Source of the DNA: Azolla caroliniana
Lineage: Eukaryota > Plantae > Polypodiophyta
DNA: 64,000 nt
Reading direction: 5' to 3'
Assembly: GCA_043228905.1 (NCBI GenBank)
Contig: JBHGNT010000016.1
Location: 310,001-374,000, forward strand
In this document: in pieces, positions 54,901 to 64,000 of the stretch
Position numbering within the stretch: the first letter of the stretch is position 1
How the letters are laid out: every line of letters starts with the position of its first letter
Translations under genes and position numbers: made by a program
The notes under the pieces: generated by a model
What the model was told of the DNA's origin: nothing
The model's input: the letters and a program-made list of their open reading frames with translations, nothing else
The model's database searches: none

Positions 54901-57900
54901 TCCCTCCTAAAATTTGCTAATTTCTTCATGTCTCTCGACCTGAGTTTCAAAATCTTGATTTTTTAATTCCATATCAGAGCTAGCGTTGTTAGCTTCGATT
55001 CGCATGTTTGAACATAAAAATCCGATATCCTACGAGCCAGGTATGAACCTTTTAATTTACCTACTAGCGCTTGTCAACTCCCTCCGCAAATTAGCTAATT
55101 TCTTCATGTCTCTCGACCTGAAATTCAAAATCTGGATTTTTCAACTCCTTAACAGAGCTAACGTTGTTAGCTTCGATTCGCATGTTTGAACACAAAAATC
55201 CGATATCACATGAGCCACGGATGAACATTTTAATTTACTAACGCGCTCTTCTCCACTACCTCCTCAAATTTGCTAATTTCTTCATGTCTCACGACCTGAA
55301 TTTCAAAATCTTGATTTTTTAAATCCATATCTGAGCTAGCGTTGTTAGCTTCGATTCGCATGTTTGAACACAAAAATCCGATATCACACGAGCCACGGAT
55401 GAACATTTTAATTTACTAACGCGCTCTTCTCCACTACCTCCTCAAATTTGCTAATTTCTTCATGTCTCTCGACCTATGTTTCAAAATCTTGATTTTTTAA
55501 TTCCATATCAGAGCAAGCGTTGTTAGCTTCGATTCCCATGTTTGAATACAAAAATACGATATCACACGAGCCACATATGAACATTTTAATTTACCTACTA
55601 GCTCTTGTCAACTCCCACCTGAAATTTGCTAATTTCTTCACGTCTCTCGACCTGACTTTCAAAATCTTGACTTTTTAATTCCATATTAGAGCTAGCGTTG
55701 TTAGCTTTGATTCTTATGTTTGAACACAGCAATCCGATATCACACGAGCCAGGTATGAACATTTTAATTTACCTACTAGCTCTTGTCAACTCCCTACTCA
55801 AATTTGTTAATTTCTTCATGTCTCTCGACCTGAGTTTCAAAATCTTGATTTTTGAATTCCATATTAGAGCTAGCGTTGTTAGCTTCGATTCACATGTTTT
55901 AACATAAAAATCCGATATCATACGAGCCAGGTATGAACCTTTTAATTTACCTACTAACGCTTGTTAACTCCCTCCTCAAATTTGCTAATTTCTTCATATC
56001 TCTCGACCTGAAGCTTCAAAATCTTGATTTTTTAATTCCATAACATAGCTAGCGCTGTTAGCTTCGATTCACATGTTTGAACACAAAAATCTGATATCAC
56101 ACGAACCACGTATGAACATTTTAATTTACCTACTAGCGCTTGTCAACTCCCTCTTCAAATTTACTAATTTCTTCATGTCTCTCGACCTGAGTTTCAAAAT
56201 CTTGATTTTTCAATTTCATATTAGTGCTAGCGTTGTTAGCTTCGATTCGCATGTTTGAACACAAAAATCCGATATCACACGAGCCACGTATGAACATTTT
56301 AATATAACCTACTAGCTCTTGTCAACTCCCTCCTAAAATTTGCTAATTTCTTCATGTCTCTCGACCTGAGTTTCAAAATCTTGATTTTTTAATTCCATAT
56401 CAGAGCTAGCGTTGTTAGCTTCGATTCGCATGTTTGAACATAAAAATCCGATATCCTACGAGCCAGGTATGAACCTTTTAATTTACCTACTAGCGCTTGT
56501 CAACTCCCTCCGCAAATTAGCTAATTTCTTCATGTCTCTCGACCTGAAATTCAAAATCTGGATTTTTCAACTCCTTAACAGAGCTAACGTTGTTAGCTTC
56601 GATTCGCATGTTTGAACACAAAAATCCGATATCACATGAGCCACGGATGAACATTTTAATTTACTAACGCGCTCTTCTCCACTACCTCCTCAAATTTGCT
56701 AATTTCTTCATGTCTCACGACCTGAATTTCAAAATCTTGATTTTTTAAATCCATATCTGAGCTAGCGTTGTTAGCTTCGATTCGCATGTTTGAACACAAA
56801 AATCCGATATCACACGAGCCACGGATGAACATTTTAATTTACTAACGCGCTCTTCTCCACTACCTCCTCAAATTTGCTAATTTCTTCATGTCTCTCGACC
56901 TATGTTTCAAAATCTTGATTTTTTAATTCCATATCAGAGCAAGCGTTGTTAGCTTCGATTCCCATGTTTGAATACAAAAATACGATATCACACGAGCCAC
57001 ATATGAACATTTTAATTTACCTACTAGCTCTTGTCAACTCCCACCTGAAATTTGCTAATTTCTTCACGTCTCTCGACCTGACTTTCAAAATCTTGACTTT
57101 TTAATTCCATATTAGAGCTAGCGTTGTTAGCTTTGATTCTTATGTTTGAACACAGCAATCCGATATCACACGAGCCAGGTATGAACATTTTAATTTACCT
57201 ACTAGCTCTTGTCAACTCCCTACTCAAATTTGTTAATTTCTTCATGTCTCTCGACCTGAGTTTCAAAATCTTGATTTTTGAATTCCATATTAGAGCTAGC
57301 GTTGTTAGCTTCGATTCACATGTTTTAACATAAAAATCCGATATCATACGAGCCAGGTATGAACCTTTTAATTTACCTACTAACGCTTGTTAACTCCCTC
57401 CTCAAATTTGCTAATTTCTTCATATCTCTCGACCTGAAGCTTCAAAATCTTGATTTTTTAATTCCATAACATAGCTAGCGCTGTTAGCTTCGATTCACAT
57501 GTTTGAACACAAAAATCCGATATCACACGAGCCACGGATGAACATTTTAATTTACCTACTAGCGCTTGTCAACTCCCTCCTCAAATTTGCTAATTTCTTC
57601 ATGTCTCTCGACCTGAGTTTCAAAATCTTGATTTTTTAATTCCATATCAGAGCTAGCGCTGTTAGCTTCGATTCACATGTTTGAACACAAAAATCCGATA
57701 TCACACGAGCCTGGTATGAACATTTTAATTTACTAACGCGCTCTTCTCCACTACGTCCTCAAATTTACTAATTTCTTCATGTCTCTCTACCTGAGTTTCA
57801 AAATGTTTATTTTTTATATGTATATTAGAGCTAGCGTTGGTAGCTTCGATTCGCATGTTTGAACACAAAAATCCGATATCACACGAGCTAGGTATGAACA

Positions 57901-58260
57901 TTTTAATTTACTAACGCGCTCTTCTCTACTACCTCCTCAAATTTGCTAATTTCTTCATTTGTGTCGACCTGAGTTTCAAAATCTTGATTTTTTAATTCCA
58001 TATGACAGCTAGCGTTGTTAGCTTCGCTTCGCATGTTTGAACAAAGAAATCCGATATCACAAGAGCCAGGTATGAACATTTTAATTTACTAACGCGCTCT
58101 TCTCCACTACCTCTTCAATTTTGCTAATTTCTTCATATCTCTCGAGCTGAGTTTCAAAATCTTGATATTTTAATTCCATATCAGAGCTAGTGCTGTTAGC
58201 TTCGATTCGCATGTTTCAACATAGAAATCCGATATCACACGAGCCAGGTATGAACATTTT
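42920..58260 (+). repeat. Homogeneous 15-mer HOR (2671 bp), about 5 copies plus an 8-mer (1426 bp) variant
   Basis: ORF starts 44302, 46973, 49644, 52315, 54986 are spaced 2671 = 15x178 + 1, followed by 56412 (+1426). One AAGCTT per unit at 45327, 47998, 50669, 53340, 56011, 57437. Confidence 0.93.
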
Positions 58261-58852
58261 AATTTACTAACGCGCTCTTCTCCACTACCTCCTCAAATTT
58301 GCTAATTTCTTCATGCGGGTCGACCTAAGTTTCAAAACTTGATTTTTTAATTCCATATGACAGCTAGCGTTGTTAGCTTCGATTCGCATTTTTGAACACA
58401 GAAATCAGATATCACTCGAGCCTGGTATGAACATTTTAATTTACCTACTAGCTCTTGTTAACTCCCTCCTCAAATTTGTTAATTTCTTCATGTCTCTTGA
58501 TCTGAGTTTCAAAATCTTGATTTTTTAATTCCTATCAGAGCTAGCACTGTTAGCTTCCATTCACATGTTTGAACACAAAAATCCGATATCACACGAGCCA
58601 CGTATGAACATTTTAATTTACCTACTAGCGCTTGTCAACTCCCTCCTCAAATTTGCTAATTTCTTCATGTCTCTCGACCTGAGTTTCAAAATCTTGATTT
58701 TTTAATTCCATATCAGAGCTAGCGTTGTTAGCTTCGATTCGCATGTTTGAACACAGAAATCAGATATCACTCGAGCCTGGTATGAACATTTTAATTTACC
58801 TACTAGCTCTTCTCCACTACCTCTTCAATTTTGCTAATTTCTTCATATCTCT

Positions 58853-61800
58853 CGACCTGAGTTTCAAAATCTTGATTTTTTAATTCCATATCAGAGCTAG
58901 CGTTGTTAGCTTCGATTCACATGTTTGAACACAAAAATCCAATATCACACGAACCACGGATGAACATTGTAATTTACCTACTAGCACTTGTCAACTCCCT
59001 CCTCAAATTTGCTAATTTCTTCATGTCTCTCGACCTGAGTTTCAAAATCTTGATTTTTTAATTCCATATCAGAGCTAGCGTTGTTAGCTTCGATTCGCAT
59101 GTTTGAACACAAAAATCCCATATCACACGAACCACGTATGAACATTTTAATTTACCTACTAGCGCTTGTCAACTCCCTCCTCAAATTTGCTAATTTCTTC
59201 ATGTCTCTCGACCTGAGTTTCAAAATCTGGATTTTTCAACTCCTTAACAGAGCTAGCGCTGTTACCTTCGATTCGCATGTTTGAACACAAAAATCCGATA
59301 TCACACGAGCCACGGATGAACATTTTAATTTACTAACGCGCTCTTCTCCACTACCTCCTCAAATTTGCTAATTTCTTCATGTCTCACGACCTGAATTTCA
59401 AAATCTTGATTTTTTAAATCCATATCTGAGCTAGCGTTGTTAGCTTCCATTCGCATGTTTGAACACAAAAATCCGATATCACAAGAGCCACGGATGAAGA
59501 TTTTAATTTACTAACGCGCTCTTCTCCACTACCTCCTCAAATTTGCTAATTTCTTCATGTCTCTCGACCTATGTTTCAAAATCTCGATTTTTTAATTGCA
59601 TATCAGAGTAAGCGTTGTTAGCTTCGATTCGCATGTTTGAATACAAAAATACGATATCACACGAGCCACGTATGAACATTTTAATTTACCTACTAGCTCT
59701 TGTCAACTCCCACCTGAAATTTGCTAATTTCTTCACGTCTCTCGACCTGACTTTCAAAATCTTGACTTTTTAATTCCATATCAGAGCTAGCGTTGTTAGC
59801 TTTGATTCTTATGTTTGAACACAGAAATCCGATATCACACGAGCCAGGTATGAACATTTTAATTTACCTACTAGCTCTTGTCAACTCCCTCCTCAAATTT
59901 GTTAATATCTTCATGTCTCTCGACCTGAGTTTCAAAATCTTGATTTTTGAATTCCATATTAGAGCTAGCGTTGTTAGCTTCGATTCGCATGTTTGAACAT
60001 AAAAATCCGATATCATACGAGCCAGGTATGAACCTTTTAATTTACCTACTAACGCTTGTCAACTCCCTCCTCAAATTTGCTAATTTCTTCATGTCTCTCG
60101 ACCTGAATCTTCAAAATCTTGATTTTTTAATTCCATAACATAGCTAGCGCTGTTAGCTTCGATTCACATGTTTGAACACAAAAATCTGATATCACACGAG
60201 CCACGGATGAACATTTTAATTTACCTACTAGCGCTTGTCAACTCCCTCCTCAAATTTGCTAATTTCTTCATGTCTCTGGACCTGAGTTTAAAAATCTTGA
60301 TTTTTTAATTCCATATCAGAGCTAGCGCTGTTAGCTTCGATTCACATGTTTGAAGACAAAAATCCGATATCACACGAACCACGTATGAACATTTTAATTT
60401 ACCTACTAGCGCTTATCAACTCCCTCCTCAAATTTGCTAATTTCTTCATGTCTCTCGACCTGAGTTTCAAAATCTTGATTTTTCAATTCCATATTTTAGC
60501 TAGCGTTGTTAGCTTCCATTCGCATGTTTGAACACAAAAATCCGATATCACACGAGCCACGTATGAACATTTTAATTTACCTACTAGCGCTTGTAACCTC
60601 CCTCATGAAATTTGCTAATTTCTTCATGTGTGTCGACCTGAGTTTCAAAATCTTGATTTTTTAATTGCATATCAAAGCTAGCGTTGTTAGCTTCGATTCG
60701 CATGTTTGAACAAAGAAATCCGATATCACAAGAGCCAGGTATAAACATTTTAATTTACTAACGCGCTCTTCTCCACTACCTCCTCAAATTTGCTAATTTC
60801 TTCATATCTCTCGAGCTGAGTTTCAAAATCTTGATTTTTTAATTCCATATCAAAGCTAGTGTTGTTAACTTTGATTCACATGTTTCAACACAAAAATCCG
60901 ATATCACACGAGCCACGTATGAACATTTTAATTTACCTACTAGCTCTTGTTAACTCCCTCCTCAAATTTGTTAATTTCTTCATGTCTCTCGATCTGAGTT
61001 ACAAAATCTTGATTTTTTAATTTCATATTAGAGATAGCGTTGTTAGGTTCGATTCGCATGTTTGAACACAGAAATCCGATATCACACGAGCCAGGTATGA
61101 AAATTTTAATTTACCTACTAGCTCTTGTTAACTCCCTCCAATGTCACACGAGCCACGTATGAACATTTTAATTTACTAACGCGCTCTTCTCCACTCCATC
61201 GTCAAATTTGTTAATTTCTTCATGTCTCTCGACCTGATTTTCAAAATCTTGATTTTTTAATTCCATATCAGAGCTAGCGTTGTTAGCTTCGATTCGCATG
61301 TTTGAACACAAAAATCCGATATCACATGAGCCTGGTATGAACATTTTAATTTTCTAACGCGCTCTTCTCCACTACCTCCTTAAATTTCATATTTCCTCAT
61401 GTGTGTCGACCTGAGCTTCAAAATCTTGATTTTTTAATTCCATATCACAGCAAGCGTTGTTAGCTTCGATTCACATGTTTGAACACAGAAATCAGATATC
61501 AGACGAGCCTGGTATGAACATTTTAATTTACTAACGCGCTCTTCTCCAGTACCTCCTCAAATTTGCTAATTTCTTCATGTCTCTCGACCTGAGTTTCAAA
61601 ATCTTGATTTTTCAATTCCATATCAGAGCTAGCGTTGTTAGCTTTGATTCTTATGTTTGAACACAGAAATCCGATATCACACGAGCCAGGTATGAACATT
61701 TTAATTTACCTACTAGCGCTTGTCAACTCCCTCCTCAAATTTGCTAATTTCTTCATGTCTCTCGACCTGAGTTTCAAAATCTTGATTTTTTAATTCCATA

Positions 61801-64000
61801 TCAGAGCTAGCGCTGTTAGCTTCGATTCACATGTTTGAACACAAAAATCCGATATCACACGAGCCTGGTATGAACATTTTAATTTACTAACGCGCTCTTC
61901 TCCACTACGTCCTCAAATTTACTAATTTCTTCATGTCTCTCTACCTGAGTTTCAAAATGTTTATTTTTTATATGTATATTAGAGCTAGCGTTGGTAGCTT
62001 CGATTCGCATGTTTGAACACAAAAATCCGATATCACACGAGCTAGGTATGAACATTTTAATTTACTAACGCGCTCTTCTCTACTACCTCCTCAAATTTGC
62101 TAATTTCTTCATTTGTGTCGACCTGAGTTTCAAAATCTTGATTTTTTAATTCCATATGACAGCTAGCGTTGTTAGCTTCGCTTCGCATGTTTGAACAAAG
62201 AAATCCGATATCACAAGAGCCAGGTATGAACATTTTAATTTATTAACGCGCTCTTCTCCACTACCTCTTCAATTTTGCTAATTTCTTCATATCTCTCGAG
62301 CTGAGTTTCAAAATCTTGATATTTTAATTCCATATCAGAGCTAGTGCTGTTAGCTTCGATTCGCATGTTTCAACATAGAAATCCGATATCACACGAGCCA
62401 GGTATGAACATTTTAATTTACCTACTAGCTCTTGTCAACTCCCTCCTAGAATTTGCTAATTTCTTCATGTGTGTCGACCTAAGTTTCAAAACTTGATTTT
62501 TTAATTCCATATCACAGCTAGCGTTGTTAGCTTCGATTCCCATGTTTGAACACAGAAATCAGATATCACTCGAGCCTGGTATGAACATTTTAATTTACTA
62601 ACGTGCTCTTTTCCACTACCGCCTCAAATTTGCTAATTTCTTCATGTCTCTCGACCTGAGTTTCAAAATCTTGATTTTTCAATTCCATATCAGAGCTAGC
62701 GTTCTTAGCTTTGATTCTTATGTTTGAACACAAAAATCCGATATCACACGAGCCAGGTATGAACATTTTAATTTACTGACTAGCTCTTCTCAACTCCCTC
62801 CTCAAATTTCTTAATTTCTTCATGTCTCTCGACCTGAGTTTCAAAATCTTGATTTTTTAATTCCATAACAGAGCTAGCGCTGTTAGCTTCGATTCACATG
62901 TTTGAACACAAAAATCCGATATCACACGAGCCACGTATGAACATTTTAATTTACCTACTAGCGCTTGTCAACTCCCTCTTCAAATTTGCTAATTTCTTCA
63001 TGTCTCTCGACCTGAGTTTCAAAATCTTGATTTTTTAATTCCATATCAGAGCTAGCGTTGTTAGCTTCGATTCGCATGTTTGAACATAAAAATCCGATAT
63101 CCTACGAGCCAGGTATGAACCTTTTAATTTACCTACTAGCGCTTGTCAACTCCCTCCGCAAATTAGCTAATTTCTTCATGTCTCTCGACCTGAGTTTCAA
63201 AATCTTGATTTTTTAATTCCATATCAGAGCTAGCGTTGCTAGCTTCGATTCGCATGTTTGAACATAAAAATCCGATATCACACGAGCCTGGTATGAACAT
63301 TTTAATTTACTAACGCGCTCTTCTCCACTACGTCCTCAAATTTACTAATTTCTTCATGTCTCTCGACCTGAGTTTCAAAATCTTGATTTTTTATATGTAT
63401 ATTAGAGCTACCGTTGTTAGCTTCGATTCGCATGTTTGAACACAAAAATCCGATATCACATGAGCCACGTATGAATATTTTAATTTACCTACTAGCTCTT
63501 GTCAACTCCCTCCTCAAATTTGCTAATTTCTTCATGTCTCTCGACCTGAGTTTCAAAATCTTGATTTTTCAATTCCATATTAGACCTAGCGTTAGCTTCG
63601 ATTCGCATGTTTGAACATAAAAATCCGATATCATACGAGCCAGGTATGAACCTTTTAATTTACCTACTAGCGCTTGTCAACTCCCTCCTCAAATTTGCTA
63701 ATTTCTTCATGTCTCTCGACCTGAGCTACAAAATCTTGATTTTTTAATTCCGTAACATAGCTAGCGCTGTTAGCTTCGATTCACATGTTTGAACACAAAA
63801 ATCCGATATCACACGAGCCACGGATGAACATTTTAATTTACCTACTAGCGCTTGTCAACTCCCTCCTCAAATTTGCTAATTTCTTCATGTCTCTCGACCT
63901 GAGCTACAAAATCTTGATTTTTTAATTCCGTAACATAGCTAGCGCTGTTAGCTTCGATTCACATGTTTGAACACAAAAATCCGATATCACACGAGCCACG
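58853..64000 (+). repeat. Second copy of long-range duplicated block (runs off window end)
   Basis: Constant 47,453-bp offset to ~11400-16547, with only a handful of substitutions seen by eye. Confidence 0.92.

Larger units (their letters stand above)
1..64000 (+). repeat. Tandem satellite DNA array, 178-bp monomer, about 360 head-to-tail copies (putative centromeric/pericentromeric satellite)
   Basis: Consensus ATGTTTGAACACAAAAATCCGATATCACACGAGCCACGTATGAACATTTTAATTTACCTACTAGCGCTTGTCAACTCCCTCCTCAAATTTGCTAATTTCTTCATGTCTCTCGACCTGAGTTTCAAAATCTTGATTTTTTAATTCCATATCAGAGCTAGCGTTGTTAGCTTCGATTCGC (178 bp; A48 T63 G24 C43) recurs from base 1 to base 64000 with no intervening unique DNA. The satellite call is direct. 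The centromeric role is inferred from monomer length and HOR organisation only. Confidence 0.98.

Noticed and set aside
307-63614. About 65 short + strand ORFs (60-76 aa, MFEHKNPISHEPRMNILIYLLALVNSLL...) that look like a hydrophobic peptide family
   Set aside because: Each spans about one monomer and opens only when a variant such as TTTTAA to TTTCAA removes a stop. 178 is not a multiple of 3, many start at TTG, and frameshifting indels are fixed. Hydrophobicity follows from the T-rich strand. There is no evidence of coding constraint. They were used only as positional markers.
1-64000. CRISPR array or repeat-spacer cassette system
   Set aside because: There are no unique spacers. The whole 178 bp is repeated, the variable block has essentially two alleles, and no cas genes or leader are present.
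1-64000. Identity with Arabidopsis CEN178 or primate alpha satellite
   Set aside because: Only the length is similar. I see no sequence resemblance to those consensus sequences as I recall them, and no canonical CENP-B box. A database search is needed for a real assignment.
1-64000. Tandem 5S rRNA, tRNA or snRNA gene array
   Set aside because: No recognisable 5S, tRNA cloverleaf or Pol III A/B/C-box sequence on either strand, and no conserved gene versus variable spacer partition.
1-64000. Embedded transposon, inversion or telomeric repeat
   Set aside because: Reading through, I found no non-satellite sequence, no reverse-orientation monomers and no telomere-type repeats.

Overview
The whole 64 kb window is one uninterrupted, head-to-tail tandem satellite array of about 360 monomers of 178 bp. 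The consensus I counted by hand is about 38% GC, T/C-rich on the + strand, with 8 CpG. All monomers lie in the same orientation. I see no genes, RNA genes, transposon insertions, inversions or unique sequence, and every ORF in the track is a by-product of the monomer. The near-mononucleosome monomer length and layered higher-order repeats (HORs) are typical of eukaryotic centromeric or pericentromeric satellite DNA. I cannot name the species, and it does not match Arabidopsis CEN178 or primate alpha satellite as I recall them. The main structure is: (1) two monomer subfamilies (A/B) that differ in one ~20-bp block; (2) nested HORs: a 10-mer (1761 bp) inside a 43/53-mer super-repeat (7568/9329 bp), an 8-mer (~1400 bp), a partial 25-mer (4423 bp) duplication, and a young 15-mer (2671 bp) with an 8-mer (1426 bp) variant; (3) a near-identical long-range duplication at a 47,453-bp offset that runs off the window end; (4) fixed indel monomers of 154, 162, 175, 177, 179, 187 and 240 bp; (5) short gene-conversion-like patches; and (6) many variants that turn imperfect palindromes in the monomer into perfect ones.
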